Shown here: piece after piece, positions 1 to 8,621 of the stretch | Position numbering within the stretch: position 1 is the stretch's first letter | Layout of the letters: each line of letters starts with the position of its first letter | DNA from: a virus | DNA: 64,000 bases | Reading direction: 5' to 3' (one strand) | IMG/VR virus record: IMGVR_UViG_3300021378_000020 | Span: 3,460 to 67,459 of that record | Notes under the pieces: generated by a model | Database searches by the model: none | What the model saw: only the letters and a program-made list of their open reading frames with translations | What the model was told of the DNA's origin: nothing | Program-made: the position numbers and the translations under genes

Positions 1-685
1 ACTGTCCGGTGGGATTAATAAGATATTCAGTATCATCGTCCACCCAGTCGTTCAGAAGTCTTTTGATACATGTTCTTAAAACGGTTCGTACAAGTTCTAT
101 GTCTTGGTCTGCGGTATGCTGAGCACTACAGACCACCTTAGACACTCGCACTGGTTGTCCTATATCAGAGTAGTCTACAGAGACTTGCGCCTTCGCATCA
201 GGGCCGAAAGGTAACGCAGCAGTAATTTCACGAAGTATACTATGACTGAGACTAATTGCAAGAGGCATATAGTCATCAGTTTCATTAGTCGCGTACCCAA
301 ACATAAGTCCTTGGTCACCCGCACCGAAGTCATCGGTTCCTAATGCGATATCGGGCGACTGACCGTGCAGTTCGTTATAGATCTTTAAAGTGTTCCAATT
401 AAAACCGTCTTGCTCATATCCAATGTCTTTTACGACACCTCGTACAATTTGTGCAATGACATCTTTATTGAACTTGTCGCTCTTGTACTCCCCAGCAAGG
501 GTTACCATGTTAGTCGTAACTAGGGTTTCAACTGCGGCACGATTATGGATGTTATTATCAATTAAGTAGTGAGCAACCGCATCAGAGATTGCATCTGCAA
601 CTTTATCCGGATGTCCAGCACTCACACTTTCGCTTGTAAATGTATATGCGGTGTCAGAGTAGACACCAGATGATGTAGAAGTCAT
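1..685 (-). CDS. metK: S-adenosylmethionine synthetase, 3' end runs off the window (not in the ORF track)
   Basis: Manual translation from ATG at 685 (GGTGAG RBS): YTFTSESVSAGHPDKVADAISD ... GAGDQGLMFGYATNET ... GPDAKAQVSVDY ... YLINPTG, which are the MetK signature motifs. Confidence 0.97.
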   Translation of the reverse strand, partial: MTSTSSGVYSDTAYTFTSESVSAGHPDKVADAISDAVAHYLIDNNIHNRAAVETLVTTNMVTLAGEYKSDKFNKDVIAQIVRGVVKDIGYEQDGFNWNTLKIYNELHGQSPDIALGTDDFGAGDQGLMFGYATNETDDYMPLAISLSHSILREITAALPFGPDAKAQVSVDYSDIGQPVRVSKVVCSAQHTADQDIELVRTVLRTCIKRLLNDWVDDDTEYLINPTGQ

Positions 686-712
686 AACTCACCGTATTCA
701 TAATATATAAAA

Positions 713-788
713 TGGAGCCCTCACCACGATTCGAACGCGGGACATCTTCATTACAAGTGAAGTGCTCTACCAACTGAGCTATAAGGGC
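713..788 (-). tRNA. tRNA-Thr(UGU)
   Basis: 76-nt cloverleaf GCCCTTA..TAGCTCAGTTGGTAGAGC..CTTCA-CTTGTAA-TGAAG..GTTCGAATC..TGAGGGCTCCA; anticodon TGT; CCA encoded. Confidence 0.95.
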
Positions 789-790
789 AT

Positions 791-1045
791 TTACTTTCTA
801 TTGGGTCTACCGTTTCCGGTATTCTTCTTTCGTTTTTCTGAGTAAGACCTTACTATGTATATTCTCGTAAAGGCGACAACAGAGAACCAACAAGTAATTA
901 TGTTGGAAATCCAGAATGGGTCTGTTATCTCCCACTCACCTACAATCAACCACAAAAAGAAAATGTTGAGGGGGTAATTAATCATCGCCCCCGTCAACAC
1001 ATGTACTGCGGTTTCTTTAGCTATATAGGGGTCTAGTTTTATCAA
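791..1045 (-). CDS. small membrane protein with two predicted TM helices
   Basis: Two hydrophobic segments and a basic C-terminus; codirectional with neighbours. Confidence 0.7.
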   Translation of the reverse strand: MIKLDPYIAKETAVHVLTGAMINYPLNIFFLWLIVGEWEITDPFWISNIITCWFSVVAFTRIYIVRSYSEKRKKNTGNGRPNRK

Positions 1046-1065
1046 TTGCAGTACATAATAAAAGG

Positions 1066-1157
1066 TCGGTCTCTTGAATCAAACAGTTTCATAATATAAA
1101 TCATATTCAAATTCGAATCACATCCTTGGGCAAAGACATTATGACCCAAGAGACCGA
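1066..1157 (-). ncRNA. putative structured RNA (multibranch stem-loop)
   Basis: 16-bp closing stem UCGGUCUCUUGGGUCA/UGAUUCAAGAGACCGA with G-U pairs on the minus strand, enclosing smaller hairpins. Confidence 0.45.
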
Positions 1158-1168
1158 AAGGGGTTGCT

Positions 1169-1402
1169 TTACTTCTTCTTAGATTTAGAAGCTTCTGCAG
1201 CTGCTACTTCTTCTTCTGCAAATGCTTTTGCGACGCTTTCGTAAAGTGATACCACTCGGATTGCTTGGTCGCGCAACTGACCAACCGTCGTTAGTTCTTC
1301 ACCCTTAAAACCACCACGGGTGACTACAGTGTCGACCACAGCAATACAAGAACGTGCAACACGATTCGCTAGGTCATTTAGATTCTTTTGTTCTTCAGTC
1401 AT
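1169..1402 (-). CDS. hypothetical phage protein
   Basis: ORF MTEEQKNLNDLANRVARS...; ATG at 1402 directly after the gp45 stop. Confidence 0.75.
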   Translation of the reverse strand: MTEEQKNLNDLANRVARSCIAVVDTVVTRGGFKGEELTTVGQLRDQAIRVVSLYESVAKAFAEEEVAAAEASKSKKK

Positions 1403-1403
1403 T

Positions 1404-2081
1404 TTAGGCTCCGTAAGTAGATGACTTTTCAAGTGCAATAAAGTATTGCGTTTCTGAAGTAATTGATTTGAAGTTGGAGATTAACTTTGTTGAGATAGAA
1501 ACCTCGTAGTCTTCACCCAACAACTTCATGTTAGATACTCCCATGATGAAGTTAAAGTCAGCACCTTCAGGGAAGGTTCCTTCAACTAACACAGAATAGG
1601 AATTAGACGTAGAGTCATTGGCATCGACTACCGCAATCTCAACAGAATTACCGTTTGGACGGATAGAGATATTATCATAGCCAAGTGCAGATGACGCACG
1701 TTTGATCTTACTTAAAGTTTCATTAGTAAGCAAGAATTGTACTTCACCCTGTGGCATAACAATATCTTTCTTTGGTGAAGAAAGCATCTCAGGGTCAGAG
1801 TAAAAGTATTTCACCGATGACAACCCGCTGCCGTCAGAAACGGTACAGAAGCTCTCGCCGAAAGTAATCGAAGGACGGTCAACTAGTGACAATACCGACA
1901 AGAACTCAGAGAGGTCGTAGATACCGAACGTGTTCGGGAAGGTCTCTTCGATCTCAGCACGAGATACAATGTTCTTTGCGATAGACATAGTCTTTAAGAC
2001 GTTACCGCCATTGACTACAATGTTTGGATTGATAGTCGAGAAGTTACGAAGAATCTCGACTGTGCGACTAGATAGTTCCAT
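1404..2081 (-). CDS. gp45: DNA polymerase sliding clamp (T4 gp45)
   Basis: MELSSRTVEILRNFSTINPNI...FGIYDLSEFL...YFIALE; sits after gp46. Confidence 0.95.
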   Translation of the reverse strand: MELSSRTVEILRNFSTINPNIVVNGGNVLKTMSIAKNIVSRAEIEETFPNTFGIYDLSEFLSVLSLVDRPSITFGESFCTVSDGSGLSSVKYFYSDPEMLSSPKKDIVMPQGEVQFLLTNETLSKIKRASSALGYDNISIRPNGNSVEIAVVDANDSTSNSYSVLVEGTFPEGADFNFIMGVSNMKLLGEDYEVSISTKLISNFKSITSETQYFIALEKSSTYGA

Positions 2082-2110
2082 TGGTTTGTTCCTTAGTTAG
2101 TATGGTGACC

Positions 2111-2139
2111 ATTATATAACAATATGACACGTCTGTCAA
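2111..2139 (-). promoter_or_regulatory. sigma70-type early promoter for gp45
   Basis: TTGACA-17 nt-TATAAT, exact consensus. Confidence 0.85.
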
Positions 2140-3860
2140 GTACTTTCTTTCATTCGACTGAAGTTTTTATCTTTAACGAATGTCAACTTGCGTTCGAAGT
2201 GAGCATCCTCAAGTTCAGTCTTGTGAGATATCACAAAAACATTAGTGTCCTCTTTCAAAGTGTCGATAATCTTCATAAGGTTATCTACACCTTCACCGTC
2301 CAACGAAGAGTCGAACGTTTCATCTAGTATCAACAGATTAGTCGATACTGAATTCTTCATCTTAGCAATCTGTCGCCAAGTAAATAGTAGGGACAAGTCA
2401 ATACGCTGTTTCTCACCTTCAGAGAAAGAGTCGTAAGAAAACGTGTCTCGATATCGTGACCGGATGGTTTCGCTGAAACTATCATCCAGTTCAAAGTGTA
2501 CAAAGAAGTCTAGAATCTGCAAGTACTTATTAGTCAACTCATTGATGACCGGAATGTACTGTCGGATAATCTTGGTCTTGATTCCGGTGTCGCGCAGTAA
2601 CTCACTGGCTATACGGTTATAAGACGCCTTCTCGTTAAGAATGTACTTTTCATCAGTCCGCTCATGAAGTTCCGAGTCTAGAGAGTTAAGGTCAGTGTTG
2701 GCCTGTCCCATGTCACCCGAACTATCCGCCATGTTGTCCAAGTCGGTACGAAGTTTATCGATAGACCTTTGTAAACGAGAGATGGTTTGCTGATTGTTGT
2801 TTAACGTGTTCTGATCTGCAAGACAAGCGTTCATCTGTGTTTCCAAAGAAACTATCTCATCTCCATAGGTTTTCTGCTGAACTTCCGCCTCATCCATTGT
2901 AATCTTCAGTTCTTTAGCCTTGGCGGTTGCTGCATCCTTTTTAGCATTACGCAACTCTTCTGCAATGTCTTGTTCGCAAGTAGGACACACTTCATTCTGG
3001 TCAAAGAACTTTGCCTCCTTGACTACAGACTTAACCTGTGTCTTAAACTGCGCATAGTATTGGTCTAGTTTCTGTTTATTAGAACGAACACTAGTTAGAC
3101 TGTCAGTGATAGTGGGTAATAGAGTGTTAACCGTCTCAGATAAAGCGCTGTTCGCAGCATTTAGTTCTTCGATTTCATCTCGAATATCTGATATCTCACC
3201 CTCTTTATCTTTACGGTGTTGGGTGTTGATTGCGGTCAAGTCACGGATATACTTCTTCTGTGCATTAATCTTAGTCTTGACCACTTCAATAGAATGGGTG
3301 TTGTTCTCAAGCTCGCCTTTAAGGAGAGAGGTCTTCTCCTTGAGTAACATATTCATCTTGGAGAAGATGTTAATATCAAGGAGGTCTTCTATCACGTCAC
3401 GTCGAGAGGTTGAGTTGAGTTGCATGAACGGGACAAAAGACGACGAACCTAGAACAACAATCTGGTGGAAACTTTTATGAGACATCTGAAAGACATTCTT
3501 CTCAAGAATATCTTGGTATTCACGTGCATGTGAGCTCTGGTTAATCATTGTACCATCTTTCCAGATTTCAAACTTGGCGGGTTTGATTCCCCGCACAACG
3601 CGATATTGGACAGAGTTAACACTAAAAGTAACCTCAGTCACACAATCTTTATTATTGATAGTATTAATCAATTGATTCTTGGTGATCTTTCGGTGAGCTT
3701 TACCAAACAATGCGAACGATAATGCGTCCAACATCGTAGACTTACCAGCACCGTTCTCACCAACAATCAAGTTAGTGGAACTGTCTAGGAAATCTATTTC
3801 GTTAAAATAATTTCCAGTTGAAAGGAAATTACGCCATTTTAAGGTCTGGAATTTGATCAT
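2136..3860 (-). CDS. gp46: recombination endonuclease ATPase subunit, Rad50/SbcC-like (T4 gp46)
   Basis: Walker A GENGAGKS, zinc hook CPTC, signature FSEGEK, Walker B LILDE. Confidence 0.97.
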   Translation of the reverse strand: MIKFQTLKWRNFLSTGNYFNEIDFLDSSTNLIVGENGAGKSTMLDALSFALFGKAHRKITKNQLINTINNKDCVTEVTFSVNSVQYRVVRGIKPAKFEIWKDGTMINQSSHAREYQDILEKNVFQMSHKSFHQIVVLGSSSFVPFMQLNSTSRRDVIEDLLDINIFSKMNMLLKEKTSLLKGELENNTHSIEVVKTKINAQKKYIRDLTAINTQHRKDKEGEISDIRDEIEELNAANSALSETVNTLLPTITDSLTSVRSNKQKLDQYYAQFKTQVKSVVKEAKFFDQNEVCPTCEQDIAEELRNAKKDAATAKAKELKITMDEAEVQQKTYGDEIVSLETQMNACLADQNTLNNNQQTISRLQRSIDKLRTDLDNMADSSGDMGQANTDLNSLDSELHERTDEKYILNEKASYNRIASELLRDTGIKTKIIRQYIPVINELTNKYLQILDFFVHFELDDSFSETIRSRYRDTFSYDSFSEGEKQRIDLSLLFTWRQIAKMKNSVSTNLLILDETFDSSLDGEGVDNLMKIIDTLKEDTNVFVISHKTELEDAHFERKLTFVKDKNFSRMKEST

Positions 3861-4915
3861 GCTATCTCGATACTCTGTGCTTCAACCATTAGTTCAGCTA
3901 CTACTGCCTTGATTCGGTCTTTATCCAAATCTGTTTCGACTTCTTGGATATAATTATACACTAAAGTTTCGGTGTCGTCAATAGTAATATCAGTATCAGA
4001 GACATTTTCTCCACGGAATTCTTTGAAGTCTTCTGCAATCTTCAGTTCATGAATCTTCTGGGCCTGTATCTTATCGACATATCTCTCGAACTTCTGCATG
4101 TCAGAACGATTGGCAACAATCAACTTCACAAACTTACCCGCAAGGTAAGACATGTCTTCAAAGTAATTTACAGTATCTTCATTGTAATAAATCTTATGAA
4201 ACAGAGTTACCTTGTTCTGTACTGCGGTCATCTCACGAGTTTCTGTATCATAGATGTGGAAGTACTTGGGGTCGTGTGCGTCATTCCAGAAGAACTCCAT
4301 CTGAGCACCAAGGTAGTGAATGTTACCCTTGCTAGATTTAGTGTGGAAGTGTCCGGATAACACGGTTTCAAAACGTTCTAATGGTTTCGGATCCATACCC
4401 GTATGACAGACAAGACCTTTGTCCATCTCAAAACCTGCAAGTTCAAAGTGACCGGCAATAACATCCGCGCCGCAGTTGTTCAAGAATTCTAGAATTGTTT
4501 TCTCGTTCTCAGGACATATCCAAGGGACTAGACCGAACTTAACACCACCATAGTCACGGACAATAGGATCCATGAGGATGTCCACTTCATTGATGTAGTG
4601 GCCCATCAACTCTTTCAATGAGTTCAGTTCGATAGTATTCTTGAAGTAAACGTCGTGGTTGCCGGGAATGATATCCATGTGAATATTATACTCACGGAGT
4701 TTGTCCAAGAATATCTGCCGGTTGTGGTTCAACGCTTTGAGGTTAATCGTTTTGCGATTGTCATAGTAATCACCCAAATGTAGAATCTGGGTAATACCAT
4801 TCTCTTTTAGGTAGGGGAAGAACTCTTCGCTGTAGAATCGTTCTTGGTAGTCCATAAAAATATCAGACGAATTACGACACCCGCAATGAGTGTCATTCAA
4901 AATTGCAAGCTTCAT
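3857..4915 (-). CDS. gp47: recombination endonuclease nuclease subunit, Mre11/SbcD-like (T4 gp47)
   Basis: Phosphoesterase motifs DTH, LGD, PGNHD, SGHFH. Confidence 0.97.
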   Translation of the reverse strand: MKLAILNDTHCGCRNSSDIFMDYQERFYSEEFFPYLKENGITQILHLGDYYDNRKTINLKALNHNRQIFLDKLREYNIHMDIIPGNHDVYFKNTIELNSLKELMGHYINEVDILMDPIVRDYGGVKFGLVPWICPENEKTILEFLNNCGADVIAGHFELAGFEMDKGLVCHTGMDPKPLERFETVLSGHFHTKSSKGNIHYLGAQMEFFWNDAHDPKYFHIYDTETREMTAVQNKVTLFHKIYYNEDTVNYFEDMSYLAGKFVKLIVANRSDMQKFERYVDKIQAQKIHELKIAEDFKEFRGENVSDTDITIDDTETLVYNYIQEVETDLDKDRIKAVVAELMVEAQSIEIA

Positions 4916-4918
4916 TTA

Positions 4919-5017
4919 TTAGTCCACTTCAACTATAGAAATACATTCGTTTGGACTAATATCACAATTATAGGGAGGACAGATAAACTGATAATGTGGT
5001 GTAACTAACTCTTTCAT
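4919..5017 (-). CDS. putative 32-aa Cys-containing peptide (below the ORF-track cutoff)
   Basis: MKELVTPHYQFICPPYNCDISPNECISIVEVD*; lies between a sigma70 promoter and gp47, with its stop 3 nt before the gp47 ATG. Confidence 0.4.
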   Translation of the reverse strand: MKELVTPHYQFICPPYNCDISPNECISIVEVD

Positions 5018-5052
5018 AAGACTCAACTCTCAACTCAATGTATATGACGGTT

Positions 5053-5081
5053 ATTATACTATATTACAAGGGGTTTGTCAA
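5053..5081 (-). promoter_or_regulatory. sigma70-type early promoter for gp47-gp46
   Basis: TTGACA-17 nt-TATAAT, exact consensus. Confidence 0.85.
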
Positions 5082-5083
5082 GT

Positions 5084-5401
5084 CTATTCTAGCTTAATAT
5101 TATAATCGGCAGGGAGGTTGGTGGTGTCACAGAATTTATCACCACACCTCTCAAAGGTCTTCTTACCAAGAGCCCTTTCTTTCTTCTTCTCTCGACGAAG
5201 TCTGTCTTGGTTATCACGGGAAATTTTATACATTCTGTCTTTTGTTGTTGCGGGGGTGCAAACATATCTAACACCATATTCTTTAGCAAGACTTATCGCA
5301 TCCTTACCAAGATTGTCCATAACAAGACTTCTACACTGTTCATCAGAAATATCACTCTTCGTTACAAAGGACAGGTACATTACCGCAGTTACTAAGTCCA
5401 T
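5084..5401 (-). CDS. hypothetical protein
   Basis: 105-aa ORF directly after gp55; four Cys. Confidence 0.6.
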   Translation of the reverse strand: MDLVTAVMYLSFVTKSDISDEQCRSLVMDNLGKDAISLAKEYGVRYVCTPATTKDRMYKISRDNQDRLRREKKKERALGKKTFERCGDKFCDTTNLPADYNIKLE

Positions 5402-5404
5402 CGC

Positions 5405-5992
5405 TTACTCCAGATAGTCTGCTAAATCAGAATCTACGTTTACAGCACGTCGTTTACGTTTCTTCTCTTCCTTTACATACTCTTTGAATTCTGTGTCAGC
5501 CGTCTTAACAACGTCAATTCTCTGTCTAAGAGTATCAACAAAAGGAGAGGCTTGTTGTTCGAAGTATCCACCGTCGTCATCACCCATAAATGCGCTGATA
5601 TCTGCTTCGGCGATGTACTTCATCTTGATGTCTTGTTGTTTCTTCTCTTTCTGAATGCGACGTAGGAATGCATACCATGATATTTGCGTGAAGTATGCGA
5701 AGGCATTTGGTTTACCCGAACGGGTAGCAGCTTCAATATCATAGTTCTCGATGGCTTTCAAACAATTCTCTACTGCGTCCATCACCATCTCTTCACGATA
5801 GGTATAACGAACGAAGTTACCTTTATGAGAAAGTCCTTCGGCAATCTTTAGAAAACAAGTAGCAATATAGTTAGTGACCACAGGGCGAGGCATACCCTCT
5901 TCCTTCGCTTCCTTGACGGTGATGCAGTATTCCACTACTGCATTTGAGAAATCTTTATTACTTACGTAATGCGGTTTTTCTTTTGGTTTCAT
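5405..5992 (-). CDS. gp55: late transcription sigma factor (T4 gp55)
   Basis: HYVSNKDF...CFLKIAEGLSHKGNF...EEMVMDAVENC...NAFAYFTQI...AFLRRIQKEKKQ. Confidence 0.97.
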   Translation of the reverse strand: MKPKEKPHYVSNKDFSNAVVEYCITVKEAKEEGMPRPVVTNYIATCFLKIAEGLSHKGNFVRYTYREEMVMDAVENCLKAIENYDIEAATRSGKPNAFAYFTQISWYAFLRRIQKEKKQQDIKMKYIAEADISAFMGDDDGGYFEQQASPFVDTLRQRIDVVKTADTEFKEYVKEEKKRKRRAVNVDSDLADYLE

Positions 5993-6022
5993 AATTTATA
6001 TCACTTGTTTAATTTAATAGCC

Positions 6023-6051
6023 ATTATAACAAAAAAGTGGTGGTTTGTCAA
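6023..6051 (-). promoter_or_regulatory. sigma70-type early promoter for gp55
   Basis: TTGACA-17 nt-TATAAT, exact consensus. Confidence 0.85.
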
Positions 6052-6067
6052 TGTTTTACTTAATTCT

Positions 6068-6439
6068 CTATCGCAAGGTACTATGTTGTTTAACTAACAA
6101 CTCTAGTGCCTCTTCAACAGTGACATCTAAGTTATAATGAGTGGAGATAAAAGTTGCGTACCGTTCAAAGTGTGGTGCAAGACCTAACTCTTGTCTAACC
6201 TTTATCTGTACAGCATAACCTTCCACTTCAGAACGAAGTCGATAGTCTTTATTGAACTGATACCAAATCCCGTGAGTACAAAACGTTCTCCAGAACTGAT
6301 GGACATGAACTTTCTCATGCTCTATCAAAGCGGTGTTATTTCTGTGTGCTTTACGAACAAAGATGATAGGCCCGAAGACGTATGCCGCGAATCTCTTGGG
6401 AATGAACGTGCTTAACGGAATAATTATATGAAACAACAT
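6068..6439 (-). CDS. small HEXXH (gluzincin-like) metallopeptidase-domain protein
   Basis: LIEHEKVHVHQ plus downstream SEVEGY third-ligand motif; GAGGAG RBS. Confidence 0.65.
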   Translation of the reverse strand: MLFHIIIPLSTFIPKRFAAYVFGPIIFVRKAHRNNTALIEHEKVHVHQFWRTFCTHGIWYQFNKDYRLRSEVEGYAVQIKVRQELGLAPHFERYATFISTHYNLDVTVEEALELLVKQHSTLR

Positions 6440-6456
6440 TTTTCTCCTCGATGCCC

Positions 6457-6485
6457 TTGACAGAACATATTTTGTAGTGTATAAT
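6457..6485 (+). promoter_or_regulatory. antisense sigma70-type promoter
   Basis: TTGACA-17 nt-TATAAT exact consensus on the + strand, facing into the Sm-like/uvsW genes. Confidence 0.7.
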
Positions 6486-6517
6486 CTAGCTTGTAGTCCA
6501 GAGGGTATATAAGCATA

Positions 6518-6946
6518 TTAATTCATCGACATTCCGTCAACATCAGAGTCAAACGACTCAGTTGACAAATCGTCCATCGCATCTAGATAGTCATCAAGTG
6601 ACAGGTCTTTTCTAGAATCGTCTTCAACGGAATCACCATAGTTTTCTTCAAGATATCTAGCCATCTCCTTGAGTGCGGTATTATACTGTGCAAGCATTTC
6701 TTTAGCAGGTATCGCTAACGACATAATCTTATCGGTAAAGATGACAATACAATTCATCGGAGTGTCCTGATAAACCATATATGTTTTAAACGTAAAGAAT
6801 TTTTCACCACTCTTTAAAGTATTCTGCATCAAGCTCATTGCGTTATTAACAACGATTGATTCCGGAGATTCATCTAATACTTCACAGATTACCTCTTCCC
6901 CAGTGATTAATTTCAAGTGTCTAATCGAAGAGCTCATTTTCATCAT
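6518..6946 (-). CDS. Sm-like domain protein of T4-like phages
   Basis: IRHLKLITGEEVICEV motif, acidic tail, position after uvsW. Confidence 0.7.
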   Translation of the reverse strand: MMKMSSSIRHLKLITGEEVICEVLDESPESIVVNNAMSLMQNTLKSGEKFFTFKTYMVYQDTPMNCIVIFTDKIMSLAIPAKEMLAQYNTALKEMARYLEENYGDSVEDDSRKDLSLDDYLDAMDDLSTESFDSDVDGMSMN

Positions 6947-8447
6947 CCTTAGATATTATGGGTTTCAAGTCAATAGGGTAAATCTTATAAGAGAACCCTT
7001 CCTTAGTATATATCTTAATCCTTTCGGCGCTATGTTTCAGAGTAAAATTCTTATGAGACTTGACATGCAAATCATCAGCGATATCAATAAGCTTAGTAGT
7101 CCTACCGTCATCAGACTGACGAAGACCGCGACCAATCGATTGGAGGACTTTAACTTGCGATTTGGATGGAGTCGCGAATACAATATTATGCAAGTTGCGG
7201 ATGTTGATGCCAGTGCTGAAAGTGCCAAGAGAGGCAACAATAATAGAGTCATTTTCGTTTTCTACAATTCCTCGTATCTGTTCTCGATCAGTCGCATCTA
7301 CCTCACCCGATACATAAAACACTTTTCTTCCTTCAGGCGCTAACGACTTAATCATTTCATGCAACACCTTACCATGTTTCTCTACAAACTGAAACATCAC
7401 CAAAGTATTGCCCGTTTGGTCTAGTGCAACCTTACTTATAAACTTATTACGTGGCTCATATGTAACAATATAGTCAAGTTCTTCTTGGTAGTTTTTCTCT
7501 TTCATCATGTTGCAAATATCACTATGATACCTCAACAGAAGAATAGAGATATCTAGTTCTGCAAGCTGTTTATTCTTTTGTAATTCTACGGTTCTAGTCA
7601 CCGTAAAAGTCGGGCCAAATAAACCTTCTAATACTAATTTGTTTGTTTCGGTGCCGTCAAGAGTTCCCGTAAGACCAAACCGATATTGTGCTTCAGTACA
7701 CTTGTCCATCATACTGGAGAGAGATTTTGCTTTGAAAAGATGTACTTCGTCACCGAAGATAGTGTTGAATTGTTCGAACCATTCTTTACCGAACTTATAA
7801 ATGGACTGCCAAGTAGATATGATGACTCTTTTATCGGTGACCTTTTCCTTACCAGAATAGATTTTATGACAAAACTCATCTACATCATAACCATAGTCAG
7901 CAAAGTCCTTATACATTTGTTCAACTAGGGAAGTGGTGGGAACAATGACCAGAATCTTACCTTCGGTCACCTCATAACAATAACGCAGAAGATTGTATAT
8001 TATAAACGACTTACCACTACCTGTAGGACTTAACAGAATACACCGACGATTCTCAACTCCATGAGATATGGCCTTGTACTGATAGTCTCTAGGTTTAAAG
8101 GGTGCGTCTAGGACTGCTAGGAAATCGATGAGCGCAGGGTGGTCTATGTCTTCCTTGAACGAAGGTATTCCATAAACTTCATGTTCGAGAATTTCGAGTT
8201 GATAAAAACGGTCTGCACAAAAACGACGTAGGTGTGTATAGAGACCTACGTTCATTTGTTTAGAGATTAAGTTATAGAGACGGATTTTACCGTCCCACTG
8301 CTTGCGCTTATAACTTGGTACGAACTTGTAGCCAGGCACGAAGAAAGAAAAGTATTCTCTTAACTCTTGTTCCTGAGCAGGGTGTGCATCAACCGCGAAG
8401 TAACTGTGGTTGACCATCCTGATTCGAATCTTGTTGTCTACGTTCAT
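6921..8447 (-). CDS. uvsW: SF2 RNA-DNA/DNA-DNA helicase UvsW
   Basis: PRDYQ, SPTGSGKS, GDEVH, GLTGT, FSTGINI, QSIGRGLR. Confidence 0.97.
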   Translation of the reverse strand: MNVDNKIRIRMVNHSYFAVDAHPAQEQELREYFSFFVPGYKFVPSYKRKQWDGKIRLYNLISKQMNVGLYTHLRRFCADRFYQLEILEHEVYGIPSFKEDIDHPALIDFLAVLDAPFKPRDYQYKAISHGVENRRCILLSPTGSGKSFIIYNLLRYCYEVTEGKILVIVPTTSLVEQMYKDFADYGYDVDEFCHKIYSGKEKVTDKRVIISTWQSIYKFGKEWFEQFNTIFGDEVHLFKAKSLSSMMDKCTEAQYRFGLTGTLDGTETNKLVLEGLFGPTFTVTRTVELQKNKQLAELDISILLLRYHSDICNMMKEKNYQEELDYIVTYEPRNKFISKVALDQTGNTLVMFQFVEKHGKVLHEMIKSLAPEGRKVFYVSGEVDATDREQIRGIVENENDSIIVASLGTFSTGINIRNLHNIVFATPSKSQVKVLQSIGRGLRQSDDGRTTKLIDIADDLHVKSHKNFTLKHSAERIKIYTKEGFSYKIYPIDLKPIISKDDENELFD

Positions 8448-8541
8448 AAATAATTTTTGCTAGTTCAATAACGTCTATATCAATTTTATGCCCTAGAAAA
8501 TGCAGTTGTTCTGCCTTCTTTAGGTCTTCTGTATCATACAT
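8389..8541 (-). CDS. small hypothetical protein, 50 aa (below the ORF-track cutoff), overlapping the uvsW start
   Basis: MYDTEDLKKAEQLHFLGHKIDIDVIELAKIIYERRQQDSNQDGQPQLLRG*; AAGGTG RBS; fills the uvsY-uvsW gap. Confidence 0.55.
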   Translation of the reverse strand: MYDTEDLKKAEQLHFLGHKIDIDVIELAKIIYERRQQDSNQDGQPQLLRG

Positions 8542-8621
8542 ATCACACCTTACCTTTGTATACTTAGGTCTTTCTTAACTTGCAATTATCTTCGTGCCAT
8601 CCTGAGTAGTTGTTTACCGAT

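Noticed and set aside
686-712. Known SAM riboswitch directly upstream of metK
   Set aside because: Only 27 AT-rich nt separate the tRNA end from the ATG; no room or consensus for a SAM-I, SAM-II or SAM-V element.
5089-5417. Alternative overlapping ORFs around 5084-5401
   Set aside because: Only 5084-5401 follows gp55 with an RBS-like sequence and the same orientation; the others are shadows.
6903-7343. 146-aa + strand ORF as the product of the antisense promoter
   Set aside because: It lies entirely antisense to uvsW and the Sm-like gene, starts ~400 nt from the promoter and has no recognisable features.
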